Positions 22,662 through 33,127 of a DNA stretch of 64,000 bases are shown here, piece by piece (the stretch's first letter is position 1; each line of letters opens with the position of its first letter). This DNA is from an uncultured cyanobacterium. GTDB lineage: Bacteria; Cyanobacteriota; Cyanobacteriia; Cyanobacteriales; Cyanobacteriaceae. Under the pieces are notes generated by a model, which worked only from the letters and a program-made list of their open reading frames with translations, was not told where the DNA came from and ran no database searches. The stretch lies in assembly GCA_963749915.1 (NCBI GenBank), contig CAVVOP010000008.1, positions 1 to 64,000 on the forward strand, written 5' to 3'. The position numbers and the translations under genes were made by a program.

Positions 22662-23357
22662 ATGAGCAATAAACCTATCGTCATTTCCCCTTCAATTTTG
22701 TCTGCTGATTTTAGTCGCCTCGGTGAAGATATTAAAGCAGTAGATGCTGCCGGTGCGGATTGGATTCACGTTGACGTCATGGACGGACGTTTTGTCCCTA
22801 ATATTACCATTGGTCCTTTGATTGTACAAGCCATTCGTCCTTATACAAAAAAACCGTTAGATGTTCATTTAATGATAGTCGAACCTGAAAAATATGTCGC
22901 TGACTTTGCGAAAGCAGGAGCAGATATTATTTCTGTCCACGCTGAACATAATGCTTCACCCCACTTACACCGCACCCTGTGTCAAATTCGTGAGTTGGGT
23001 AAGCAATCAGGCGTAGTACTTAATCCTTCTACTCCTTTAGAATTAATTGAGTATGTGATTGATGTTTGTGATTTAGTGTTAATCATGAGTGTTAACCCCG
23101 GATTCGGTGGGCAAAGTTTCATTCCTGGCGTTGTACCTAAAATCAAAGCTCTACGTCAAATGTGTGACGAACGTGGTTTAGATCCTTGGATTGAGGTTGA
23201 CGGCGGTTTAAAACCTAACAATACATGGCAAGTTTTAGAGGCTGGTGCTAATGCTATTGTAGCCGGGTCTGCGGTATTTAATGCCCCTGATTATGCACAA
23301 GCCATTAAGGCTATCCGCAACAGTAAACGCCCTGAAAAAGAGTTAGTCACCGCATAA
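22662..23357 (+). CDS. rpe: Ribulose-phosphate 3-epimerase
   Basis: [26 protein letters not shown] and EVDGG. Confidence 0.97.
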   Translation: MSNKPIVISPSILSADFSRLGEDIKAVDAAGADWIHVDVMDGRFVPNITIGPLIVQAIRPYTKKPLDVHLMIVEPEKYVADFAKAGADIISVHAEHNASPHLHRTLCQIRELGKQSGVVLNPSTPLELIEYVIDVCDLVLIMSVNPGFGGQSFIPGVVPKIKALRQMCDERGLDPWIEVDGGLKPNNTWQVLEAGANAIVAGSAVFNAPDYAQAIKAIRNSKRPEKELVTA

Positions 23358-23410
23358 TAAATCATTAGCAATTAACAATTAGTAATAAATGAGCAATGGG
23401 TAATTAATAA

Positions 23411-24145
23411 TTAACTGTATTTTTCCCCCACAATTTGCCTACAAATAACTAACTGCTGGCTTATTTCTTCCTCGATATCATAAACTTCTTGTAGTTTTTT
23501 GTAATACTTAATGGCTTCTGAATATAAACATTGCCGTTGGTAAATATTAGCTAGTTGTAATAATGCCCAATAATCTTCACGTTTAATTGTTAAGGCTTCT
23601 TGATAACTTTTTTTGGCGTTTTCCCACTGTTTTATTTTCTGCTGACACTCCCCCTGCCAATAATAACTCCAATAGTCACCCGGACGAATTTTTAAGGCTT
23701 GTTGAAATAAATATAATGCTTTCAGATATTTTTGTTGATGATAATAAGATTTGCCAAGACGATAAGTGGCCCAATAATCTTGAGGTTTATTTTCTAAGGC
23801 TATGGTTAAACAATCTATTGCTTGGGAATAATTATTTAACTTTTCTTGCCAAATATAACCCTGATCATACCATGACCAATAATTGTCGGGCTCAATGTCA
23901 CAGGCTACTTGTAAACTAGACACCGCCTCTTGGTATTTTCCTAACTCTTCTAATACTTTGCCCCGATAATACCAGGCAAAATAATCATCAGGATGATATT
24001 CGATGGCCTTTTCATAACTATATAGGGCATCTTGAGATAAATTGCGATCTCGAAGTTTATTTGCCTGATAATACCATCCTTGATAGCTGTCAGGACGACA
24101 TTCCAACACACGATAAACCTCACTGACTTTACTACTGGCAACCAT
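23411..24145 (-). CDS. Tetratricopeptide repeat protein
   Basis: Repeated 34-aa units of the form PxDYWxWYxxG. Confidence 0.88.
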   Translation of the reverse strand: MVASSKVSEVYRVLECRPDSYQGWYYQANKLRDRNLSQDALYSYEKAIEYHPDDYFAWYYRGKVLEELGKYQEAVSSLQVACDIEPDNYWSWYDQGYIWQEKLNNYSQAIDCLTIALENKPQDYWATYRLGKSYYHQQKYLKALYLFQQALKIRPGDYWSYYWQGECQQKIKQWENAKKSYQEALTIKREDYWALLQLANIYQRQCLYSEAIKYYKKLQEVYDIEEEISQQLVICRQIVGEKYS

Positions 24146-24384
24146 GATGTTTATACTTTAAATATAAATATTATTTTCTGTTCTGTTAATTTGATTTTAA
24201 CAACTATACATATCGATCTAACTAACAATCAATTTAGACGTTATTAAAATTTAACATAAGAAAAAATCTTGAAACTGACAGTGTTTTTTCTACTCTCTCT
24301 CTTATGACAAACAAATTGAATGGAATCCCTTTACTTGTTAAATATCAATTATAATTGATATTATGTTCAAATTTCAAGGCAATA

Positions 24385-26508
24385 ATGAATAGTAATAATA
24401 ATTCAATTAGACATATACTAGCCTTAGAGTCTGGTTCATGGAAAAAAACTTTTTTTCTTGACAAAAATAGTTATTCTATCGGTAGAAGTTATAGGAATTC
24501 TTTAATCATTCCTCACCGAGTTATTTCAAGAAATCATGCTAGTTTAATTAAGGTAGATTATACTAATATGGAAGATCAAAACGACTGCCATAGTATTTTT
24601 TGGATCGTCGATGGTGACTTAAAAGGCAACAAAAGTACTAATGGAATTTATGTTAATGGAAAACAATGTTTTTGTCATCAATTACAACCCGGTGACTTAA
24701 TTTTTTTAGGGGGGGTGGAAGTTAAGGCTAAATATGACATTGTTGATTTAGAATCTAAAACTTTTTTAAGTTTATCTTCACCGAATAAAATTTCTTTGGT
24801 AACTTACGAAAATCAGGACAATAATGATTCCAGTTTTGTTTTACCCACTCTTAATAGTGAAGGTTTACAAAATTTTGAATTAATCTCTCAAGGTGTCTTC
24901 GTTATTGATTTAGAAACTAGACAAATTTTAGCGGCTAATTCTTTTTATTGTAATTTAGTTAACTATTCTCCTTCGGAAATTATCAATTTAACTCTCAATG
25001 AGTTGTGCACATTAGAAGCAGATCTTATTAACCATGATTTAGAAATTATTAAAAGTTATAATATCTCAGGTAATAGAGAGTCAATACATAAAACTAAAGA
25101 CCAAAACTTAGTTGCTGTTTTTGTTGATTATACTCCTGTTCATTTTCAAGATAAAAGATGTTTATTAGTTTCCGTACAAAATATTGATGAATTGAAAAAA
25201 ATAGAAGAAATTATTCACTATCAATCAACCCATGATCCTATAACTAATTTACCTAATAAAAAGTTATTCATAGAACAATTATTCTTATCCCTAAGTAATA
25301 ATAAAATTAAACAGGAATGCTTAGGCATAATCAGGCTAAGGTTTAATAATTGGGAAAATATTATTTATAACTTAAATTTAAACCATGAAAACAAGCTCAT
25401 AAATAGTTTAGTTAAACTCATCAAAAATAATCTTTCTGCTGGGGATGCCATGACCAAATTATCCAATGAAGAATATGTGATAATGGTAGAAGAAGTGAAA
25501 AGTAACAATAGAGTTACTACTATTATCGAAAATATTTTATCAACTTTACATAAACCCCTAATCATCGACGAAAAATCCTTCTTTATTAGTGTTAATTTTG
25601 GGGTTAGTATTCATCCTCAAGATGGTGGAAAGATAACAGACCTATTAAATAAAGCCTCCATCGCTTTAGAATCTAGTTATACTAAATCTGTTAATAGTTA
25701 TCGATATTATGATAACGAAATATCTAATAAACTCATCGAAAGAAAGAAAGATTTATATAATTTAGTTTTTACGGCCATTAACGAAGAAAAACTAATCAGC
25801 AAATATATCCCCATTGTTAATCTTAAGACTAATAAAATATCAGGGGTACATAGTCAATTATTTTTTGAAGATAATGAAGAACAAAATATTAGTGAATTAG
25901 ATATTTTAACCACCGCTTTAGAAATAGGCTACATTAAGAATTTAATGGATTGGTGGTTAAATAAAATATCTGAAGATATGATTTTATGGTCAGAAAATGA
26001 CATTACTATTAATAAAGTTACTCTTAAAATACTCGCTTCCTATTTAACCAATAGTGATATAATTGACTCCTTAATTTATCTCATAAATCAGAATGATCTT
26101 TTCAATTTAGAGTTAGAAATTATTTTCAACAATCCTGCCATTGACTTAAAAATACTTGCCGAAAATTTGGCTACTTTAACAAGTTTACCCCTTAATTTAG
26201 GACTGTTTAATTTTGACGTTAGTTATTTAAAGGGGATAGATAATAATAAGATAAAATTTACCAATCTAAAAATTTCAGAATCCTTGAGCGAAAATTCAGA
26301 AAATAACCCTTATCAAGTATCCTTAATATCCAGTGCGATTAATCTCGGAAAAGTTTTAAACTTAAATATAACTGCTGAAGGAATAAATACAAAAAAAGCA
26401 AAAGATCTTCTTTTCGATTTAGGTTGTGAGGAAATGCAAGGATTATTATTCTCTCCACCTTTACTAGCAGAAAATCTTACTGATTTTTGGCAAACTTATT
26501 CTTTATAA
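24385..26508 (+). CDS. FHA-PAS-GGDEF-EAL protein with degenerate catalytic motifs
   Basis: FHA motifs IGR, SRNHA and STNG; HDPITNLPN; AEGI...MQGLLFSPP. Confidence 0.85.
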   Translation: MNSNNNSIRHILALESGSWKKTFFLDKNSYSIGRSYRNSLIIPHRVISRNHASLIKVDYTNMEDQNDCHSIFWIVDGDLKGNKSTNGIYVNGKQCFCHQLQPGDLIFLGGVEVKAKYDIVDLESKTFLSLSSPNKISLVTYENQDNNDSSFVLPTLNSEGLQNFELISQGVFVIDLETRQILAANSFYCNLVNYSPSEIINLTLNELCTLEADLINHDLEIIKSYNISGNRESIHKTKDQNLVAVFVDYTPVHFQDKRCLLVSVQNIDELKKIEEIIHYQSTHDPITNLPNKKLFIEQLFLSLSNNKIKQECLGIIRLRFNNWENIIYNLNLNHENKLINSLVKLIKNNLSAGDAMTKLSNEEYVIMVEEVKSNNRVTTIIENILSTLHKPLIIDEKSFFISVNFGVSIHPQDGGKITDLLNKASIALESSYTKSVNSYRYYDNEISNKLIERKKDLYNLVFTAINEEKLISKYIPIVNLKTNKISGVHSQLFFEDNEEQNISELDILTTALEIGYIKNLMDWWLNKISEDMILWSENDITINKVTLKILASYLTNSDIIDSLIYLINQNDLFNLELEIIFNNPAIDLKILAENLATLTSLPLNLGLFNFDVSYLKGIDNNKIKFTNLKISESLSENSENNPYQVSLISSAINLGKVLNLNITAEGINTKKAKDLLFDLGCEEMQGLLFSPPLLAENLTDFWQTYSL

Positions 26509-26771
26509 ACTATCAGGGTAAACTTATCCAAGAATATATATGCGACTACCCAGGGCAAAATGATTTACCTTATGGTTCAATTTCAAACATTCCAGTTGAA
26601 ACGCGATCACTTTGATTCAATGATTTTTGTCAAAAGTCTCAGCCTGAGCTGAAAAGTTTTGTTATAATTAGTTTTTCGAACCCCAATATTTATTTACTGT
26701 TCATTGCTTGTTTCCCTTTTCCCTGTTACCTTTGTTCACCAGTAACTTATCTGTGTAACAACTGATTTAAT

Positions 26772-27635
26772 ATGACACAAATTATCGCCTATTTAGGGCC
26801 TAAAGGCACTTATTCGGAAGTCGCAACTCTTTGTTATGACCGATATTTAAAGGAAACAAAAGCCATAGACTCTGAGTTAATGCCTATAGTTAGTATTTCT
26901 CAAACTTTGTACACACTGGCAAAAGGTGACGCTGATATTGCTGTTGTACCAGTAGAAAACTCCATAGAAGGCACAGTTGCCATTACTATTGATACCCTCT
27001 GGGAATTGGAGGGATTACATATTCAACAAGGCTTAACTATTCCCATAGTACATAATTTGTTATCCAGAGGGCGATCCCTAGAAGAGATCAAAACCGTTTA
27101 TTCTCATCCTCAAGCCTTAGCACAATGCCAGAAATGGCTAGAAAAGAATTTACCTCAAGCACAGTTAATTCCCGCTAATTCCACCACCGAAGCCTTACAC
27201 CATCTTAACCAAGAACCAACAGCGGGGGCAATTTCGTCCTTTCGAGCGGCTCAATTGTGTAATTTACCGATAAAAGTCGCTAACATCAACGATTATGTTG
27301 ATAACTGTACTCGTTTTTGGGTAATTAGTAAACAACCCCATGATCACGGTAATAATGTATCTTTGGCTTTTTCCTTTAAAGCGAATCTTCCGGGAGTTTT
27401 AGTTAAACCTTTACAAATTTTTGCGGACAAAGAAATTAATTTAACGAAAATAGAATCTAGACCCACAAAACGTTCTTTAGGAGAATATTTATTTTTTGTT
27501 GATTTAGAGGGGGATACATCTAAAAAACCGATTAAATCGGCCTTACAGGAATTATCTGCTTTAACCAAAGAATTAAAAGTTTTTGGTAATTACGACATTC
27601 TCAAGATTGATCGTCAACAGTTAAATGATTTATAG
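26772..27635 (+). CDS. pheA: Prephenate dehydratase
   Basis: YLGPKGTYSE, VPVENSIEG, SHPQALAQC, TRF and LTKIESRP. Confidence 0.96.
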   Translation: MTQIIAYLGPKGTYSEVATLCYDRYLKETKAIDSELMPIVSISQTLYTLAKGDADIAVVPVENSIEGTVAITIDTLWELEGLHIQQGLTIPIVHNLLSRGRSLEEIKTVYSHPQALAQCQKWLEKNLPQAQLIPANSTTEALHHLNQEPTAGAISSFRAAQLCNLPIKVANINDYVDNCTRFWVISKQPHDHGNNVSLAFSFKANLPGVLVKPLQIFADKEINLTKIESRPTKRSLGEYLFFVDLEGDTSKKPIKSALQELSALTKELKVFGNYDILKIDRQQLNDL

Positions 27636-27671
27636 CCCACATCAATAAACAAATTAAATAAGAATTTAAAG

Positions 27672-28286
27672 ATGAAGATATTGCTAATTCATGGTCTGAG
27701 TCGAACACCTTTATCACTGCTTGGTCTTGAATGGTACTTACAACAAACAGGATGGGCAACGGAACAATTTAGCTACATGGCTGTTTCAGAAACCTTCGAT
27801 CACATCGTCGAACGTCTTCAGGTCCGTCTTCAAGCACTATCAAGTCAAGGGTCTTATGGGATTGTAGCTCACTCCCTGGGAGGATTACTGACGCGAGCGG
27901 CTCTGGGATTAAGTTCCATTAAGTTGCCTAAACATATTGTCATGTTGGCTACACCAAATCAGCCACCACGCCTTGCAACCCATGCTTGGCAACTGCCGCC
28001 TTTTCGATGGTGGACAGGTCAGTGTGGATTAAACTTAACTAGCTCGGGTTTCTTTGCATCCCTTCCCAGAATTGAATCTACCTATACAATTGTGGCGGGA
28101 ACTGCAGGACCAAGGGGATTCTGGAGTCCTTTTGGAGATGAACCCAATGACGGTATTGTCGCCCTCAGTGAAACTCGATTGTCCCCTAACGATGCCATAG
28201 TTCAGCTACCCGTTATGCATACTTTTATGATGAATGATTCTAGGGTCCAAAAGACGGTGGTGCGGGCTCTTTGTCTTGAAGATTGA
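27672..28286 (+). CDS. Small alpha/beta hydrolase (esterase/lipase)
   Basis: LIHGL, AHSLGG nucleophile motif, NDGIV and HTF. Confidence 0.85.
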   Translation: MKILLIHGLSRTPLSLLGLEWYLQQTGWATEQFSYMAVSETFDHIVERLQVRLQALSSQGSYGIVAHSLGGLLTRAALGLSSIKLPKHIVMLATPNQPPRLATHAWQLPPFRWWTGQCGLNLTSSGFFASLPRIESTYTIVAGTAGPRGFWSPFGDEPNDGIVALSETRLSPNDAIVQLPVMHTFMMNDSRVQKTVVRALCLED

Positions 28287-28288
28287 GT

Positions 28289-29242
28289 TCAGAGACAACA
28301 TCGTTTGAAGCCGGGTCCCTCTTCTTCTTGAACTAATTGATCTAGTTTTTCCTGCATCTGTTCGCAAACTAGACGATAGCACAGATCAACATATTCGTGA
28401 TCGCGAGCCGCCGCCTCTCCATAACGCTCGAAGACGATGGCAGGGCATACTCTAGTGTGTAATGGAATTGGTAAGGGAATATTAGGCAAAGGACCAACCC
28501 CAATCCCCCAAGGCAAACCCAGGTAAATAGGAAAGACACTGGGATCGATACCCCACAACCAAGGCAGACCTAACTCATGGAGTTGCTGTAATAAAGGGTA
28601 AATATCTGCTAGCACAATTAAGGTAGAATGAGCCCCATGGGAAATAAACGGGATAATCGGCACTTCTTCCTGTAAAGCTAGTTTGATAAATCCTTTGTGA
28701 CCATGAAAATAGATCTTGTTTCGCAGAGAATGGGGTCGAAACACATCTTTAACTCCCCCTGGATAGATTAAAACAGCAGCACCCCGATCCAGTGCCGCCC
28801 TAACTAGATTTGGATTTGGTCGAATAGTACCAACTTGAGTCGCCAGGTGAGCCAGACCGGGTAAAAATTGCCAGATTTTTGGGTCCATTAAGGCATAGGC
28901 CAATCGGTCTGTACCAAATTGTTGAAACCAATCATAAGCCATCATTACGGTATCGGGAGCTGGTAATCCACCATTATGGGAACCAATCAAGAGTACTTTT
29001 CCTGTTTTTGGAATGTGTTCCCAGCCGTCGGTTTGTACCCGAAAATAATCCTGATACACCCAGCCCACAAAAGGTATCAGCTTTTCTATTATCTTCGGGT
29101 CTCGATCGTCCAATGACCACCCTGTGAGTGTGTCACGAGACCCAAAAGATGCTTTGAGATATAAATCAGCAAATACTCCCGCAGATTGAATCACAGAAAC
29201 TAAAGTTCGAGGCGGTCGATAGTTCATTAATTGACCTGACAA
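28289..29242 (-). CDS. Lysophospholipid/DGAT2-like acyltransferase
   Basis: GSHNGG..PD, YPGG and GFIKLAL..VPIIP motifs; start uncertain (TTG 29242 or ATG 29227). Confidence 0.85.
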   Translation of the reverse strand: MSGQLMNYRPPRTLVSVIQSAGVFADLYLKASFGSRDTLTGWSLDDRDPKIIEKLIPFVGWVYQDYFRVQTDGWEHIPKTGKVLLIGSHNGGLPAPDTVMMAYDWFQQFGTDRLAYALMDPKIWQFLPGLAHLATQVGTIRPNPNLVRAALDRGAAVLIYPGGVKDVFRPHSLRNKIYFHGHKGFIKLALQEEVPIIPFISHGAHSTLIVLADIYPLLQQLHELGLPWLWGIDPSVFPIYLGLPWGIGVGPLPNIPLPIPLHTRVCPAIVFERYGEAAARDHEYVDLCYRLVCEQMQEKLDQLVQEEEGPGFKRCCL

Positions 29243-29361
29243 TAGTCTTTTAATCGAGAGTTGAACATGGGTTTTATTTTAACACACATTCTATTCTCTC
29301 GTATTTGAGCTATGGGTAAGTCTTTGTCCAGTACAAGTGAGGTTTTACCCTTAGCAAGTAT

Positions 29362-30537
29362 TTATCTATTAATTAAACTGCTTATGGGTGATGTTATCCA
29401 ATTTAAGGCTACTGCTAATTGATGCTCAAAAGTAGGCAGACGATAAAGATAAACTAAACGTCTAGCGAAGTAGGCTAGGTCACCGTTTAATGATATTCCC
29501 AAACCGCTTAAAGTAGCCTTATCCACCCCCAAAGCTAACATTTCCCCTAATGGTTGGTATTGGAAGGGTAACAGGGGTTTTCCTTCTAAACTTGCCCAAA
29601 TATTCCATGCACAGTAATCAGATTGTTGGAAAGCAACTTGTGCCGTGGCGGGTAATGTCTTACCCTCTTGATCAGGACATTCGACCAAGTCACCGATGGC
29701 AAAAATTTCGGGATGAGTTTCCACTTGTAGCTGTGGATTGATGTTGATTTTTCCCTGTTTATTTTGGGGTAGTGATAACTCGTTGACTATTTTCACTGGT
29801 TTTGTGCCTACTGTCCATAATACTATATCGGCGGCAATGGTATCGCTTTTATTTTTATAAGATAATGTGATTTCTTCTGCTTTTATTTCTTCTATTTCTG
29901 TTTCTAAGTCTAACCATATTTTACGATCGCTCAGAGCCTTTTTAGCTGTTTTTTGGTTAAAATCAGGGGAATTCGAGAGAATATCACTTCCTCGATCAAT
30001 AATCCTAATTTTACCACGATTTCCCAAACGATCGGCTATTTTTAAGGCTAATTCCACACCACTATAACCACCGCCAACGATAACTACTCGAATACTCTCT
30101 TTGTCAGAATTTTCTAATTGTCGTAACTTTTCCTTTAATTGATAGGCATTTTCTAAACTACGAAAAGGGATTGCATATTCTGCGGCACCACTAACTAAAT
30201 CTGTAGGAGTTTTACCCCCTAAGGCAATTACAAGGCGATCATATGGTACAGTGGGATGATTAGTTAAGGTAACTTCTTGTTGGTCAACATCAATATCAGT
30301 AACAGTGTCTTGAATATATTTAATGGGGGTATTCGCTAATAAATCGGCATAATGAGGCGCAATTTCCCAGCTTTGCATTTCTCCACTGATTAACTCATAG
30401 AGTAGCGGAGAAAATACAAAGCGATCGTTTTTATCGATAATAGTGATTACTGGTTGTTGTGTCCAGTCTAACTGTATTAATCTTAAGGCTGTATAAAGCC
30501 CACCAAATCCACCACCGACAATGACAATTTTTTTCAC
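29362..30537 (-). CDS. ndbB: Type II NAD(P)H dehydrogenase, NdbB-like
   Basis: GGGFGGLYTALRL, SWEIAP, GGGYSGVELA and PATAQVAFQQ. Confidence 0.8.
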   Translation of the reverse strand: MKKIVIVGGGFGGLYTALRLIQLDWTQQPVITIIDKNDRFVFSPLLYELISGEMQSWEIAPHYADLLANTPIKYIQDTVTDIDVDQQEVTLTNHPTVPYDRLVIALGGKTPTDLVSGAAEYAIPFRSLENAYQLKEKLRQLENSDKESIRVVIVGGGYSGVELALKIADRLGNRGKIRIIDRGSDILSNSPDFNQKTAKKALSDRKIWLDLETEIEEIKAEEITLSYKNKSDTIAADIVLWTVGTKPVKIVNELSLPQNKQGKININPQLQVETHPEIFAIGDLVECPDQEGKTLPATAQVAFQQSDYCAWNIWASLEGKPLLPFQYQPLGEMLALGVDKATLSGLGISLNGDLAYFARRLVYLYRLPTFEHQLAVALNWITSPISSLINR

Positions 30538-30634
30538 GTTGCTATTACTCCTGATAAACCAAAGCCTGTCTTTTATTCTATAGCACTATCAATAATATTT
30601 AAAATGGCGAAAAACTAACGAAAACTTACCTTGA

Positions 30635-31120
30635 TTAAATTGGTTTAATTAATTCATCAGGATCTAAAATAAAAATCGTTTTTTCTTCCTCCTCTTCAGA
30701 ATGAATCACCGTTACGTGGGAAGCGATTTTTAAGGTATCGGCACGGCGATAGGAAGGAGGTATAATGCGAATAGTATTTAAAGGGATATCGTATAATTCT
30801 GGGGCATTTTTAATCAAAATACCAAAGGTTTCGCCCACACTATTGGATGCTAATAATAAATATTTTTTGTCCTCTTCCTGTAAAATTTCGGATTTATTAA
30901 AGAGCTTTTTATGTAAATCAATGACAATTATTTCTTCCTCTCCGAGAGTAACTAAACCAAAATGATTTAAACCACTGCCAAAAATAGTGGTATAGTTGAC
31001 AATTTTTTGTACACTATCAATGTGTAAAGCGGCCTTAAGATTGCCAATAGAAAACACTAATAATTTAATTTTTTCAATATTCCTAGTGGTTTGTTGAGGG
31101 GATAAATTGGCGATATTCAT
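30635..31120 (-). CDS. CheW-like protein
   Basis: KLLVF and G...VIDL pattern; IPPSYRRADTLKIASHV. Confidence 0.75.
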   Translation of the reverse strand: MNIANLSPQQTTRNIEKIKLLVFSIGNLKAALHIDSVQKIVNYTTIFGSGLNHFGLVTLGEEEIIVIDLHKKLFNKSEILQEEDKKYLLLASNSVGETFGILIKNAPELYDIPLNTIRIIPPSYRRADTLKIASHVTVIHSEEEEEKTIFILDPDELIKPI

Positions 31121-31283
31121 AATAAATAATTGATAGTTAACTTTTAAGGGTAAATGGCCATTAATCCAAGGGACAGTTAAAGATCATTATAGAAGAGATT
31201 TTGTTACAGTATTAAAGAATATAAACAGTAAATTCATTAATCATTAAAATCATCACAAAAGTTATATTTAAGCAGGATTGACA

Positions 31284-33062
31284 ATGTTAGAACATGATGT
31301 GATTATTATCGGTGGCGGTTTAGCAGGATGTCGTGCCGCCCTTGAAATTAAAAAACAAAATAGTAATTTAGATGTAGGATTAGTCGCAAAAACTCACCCT
31401 ATTCGCTCTCATTCTGTAGCCGCCCAAGGTGGTATTGCTGCTAGTTTACAAAATGTAGATCCTGAAGACGACTGGAAAGCCCATGCTTTTGATACGGTAA
31501 AAGGCTCAGATTATTTAGCGGATCAGGATGCGGTAGAATATTTGACCAAAGAAGCTCCCGAAGTTATCATCGAATTAGAACATTTAGGGGTGTTATTTTC
31601 TCGTTTAGAAGATGGTAAAATTGCTCAACGGGCTTTTGGTGGGCATTCCCATAAACGGACTTGTTATGCGGCGGACAAAACCGGTCATGCTATCCTACAT
31701 GAACTAGTCAACAATTTGCGGCGTAATCAAGTCAAAATTTACGATGAATGGTACGTCTTACAATTAATCCTAGAAGAAACAAACGCCCCCCAACTCCTCT
31801 CAGTCAGTGAAGGGTCTTTGACGACAGTTAAAGAGGCTAAGGGGGTTGTGATGTTCAACATTGCTGATGGGCATTTAGAGGTGGTTAGGGCAAAGGCGGT
31901 TATGTTTGCCACTGGTGGTTATGGTAGGGTTTTTAACACCACTTCTAACGATTACGCTTCTACTGGTGACGGTTTAGGTATGTGTGCGGCGGCGGGTTTA
32001 CCCCTTGAAGACATGGAATTTGTACAGTTTCACCCTACGGGTTTATATCCTGTGGGGGTTTTGATTTCCGAGGCCGTCAGAGGGGAAGGGGCTTATTTAC
32101 GCAATAGTGAAGGTGAGCGATTTATGGAACGTTATGCCCCGAAACAAATGGAATTAGCCCCCCGTGATATTACTTCCCGTGCCATTGTTTTAGAAATTCG
32201 AGCCGGAAGAGGTATTCACCCTGATGGTAGTGCTGGAGGTATTTATGTGCATTTAGACTTAACTCACATGGGTAAGGAAAAAATCATGAGTCGAGTACCT
32301 TTTTGTTGGGAAGAAGCCCATCGTTTAGTGGGTGTTGATGCAGTTTATCAACCCATGCCTGTGCGCCCTACTGTTCATTATTGTATGGGAGGTATTCCTG
32401 TCAATACTGATGGGAGAGTGCGTCAAAATGCTAGTCAATTAACAGAAGGATTTTTTGCGGCGGGGGAATGTGCTTGTGTTTCTGTCCATGGGGCTAATCG
32501 TCTCGGGAGTAACTCTCTGCTGGAATGTGTGGTTTACGGGAGGAGGGTTGGACGGGCCATCGCTAGTTATGTTATAGATCGTAAAATGCCCACCCTTGAC
32601 GAAAAAAACTATTTACAGGAGGCAGAAAAACGTATTCAAGATTTATTATCACAAAAAGGAGATCTCAGAATTAATAGCCTGAGACAAAACTTTCAAGACA
32701 CTATGACAGAGCATTGTGGAGTATTTCGTACTAAGGAGGTGATGAAAGAAGGTATTAAGCAAATTCAAGAACTTAAAGCTAAATATGGTCAAATTTTTCT
32801 TGATGATAAACAGCGTAACTGGAATACTGAGTTAATCGAGGCACTCGAATTGCAAAATATCATGATAGTAGGGGAAATAATTTTAACCTCCGCCTCACGG
32901 CGACAAGAAAGCCGAGGTGCCCATTCACGGGAAGATTATCCCGCCAGAGATGACCAAAATTTTCTACAACATACTTTAGCTTCTTATTCAACTGATAGTG
33001 TCAAGGTTGATTATATGCCCGTAGTTATAACTATGTTTGAACCTAAAGAACGGAAATACTAA
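31284..33062 (+). CDS. sdhA: Succinate dehydrogenase/fumarate reductase flavoprotein
   Basis: RSHSVAAQGG, QFHPTG, HGANRLGSNSL and ESRGAH. Confidence 0.96.
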   Translation: MLEHDVIIIGGGLAGCRAALEIKKQNSNLDVGLVAKTHPIRSHSVAAQGGIAASLQNVDPEDDWKAHAFDTVKGSDYLADQDAVEYLTKEAPEVIIELEHLGVLFSRLEDGKIAQRAFGGHSHKRTCYAADKTGHAILHELVNNLRRNQVKIYDEWYVLQLILEETNAPQLLSVSEGSLTTVKEAKGVVMFNIADGHLEVVRAKAVMFATGGYGRVFNTTSNDYASTGDGLGMCAAAGLPLEDMEFVQFHPTGLYPVGVLISEAVRGEGAYLRNSEGERFMERYAPKQMELAPRDITSRAIVLEIRAGRGIHPDGSAGGIYVHLDLTHMGKEKIMSRVPFCWEEAHRLVGVDAVYQPMPVRPTVHYCMGGIPVNTDGRVRQNASQLTEGFFAAGECACVSVHGANRLGSNSLLECVVYGRRVGRAIASYVIDRKMPTLDEKNYLQEAEKRIQDLLSQKGDLRINSLRQNFQDTMTEHCGVFRTKEVMKEGIKQIQELKAKYGQIFLDDKQRNWNTELIEALELQNIMIVGEIILTSASRRQESRGAHSREDYPARDDQNFLQHTLASYSTDSVKVDYMPVVITMFEPKERKY

Positions 33063-33127
33063 TATAATAATTGATTTAATTCACAGAAACACAGAAGATC
33101 TAGCTAACAGTTATTTTTATTCATCAA

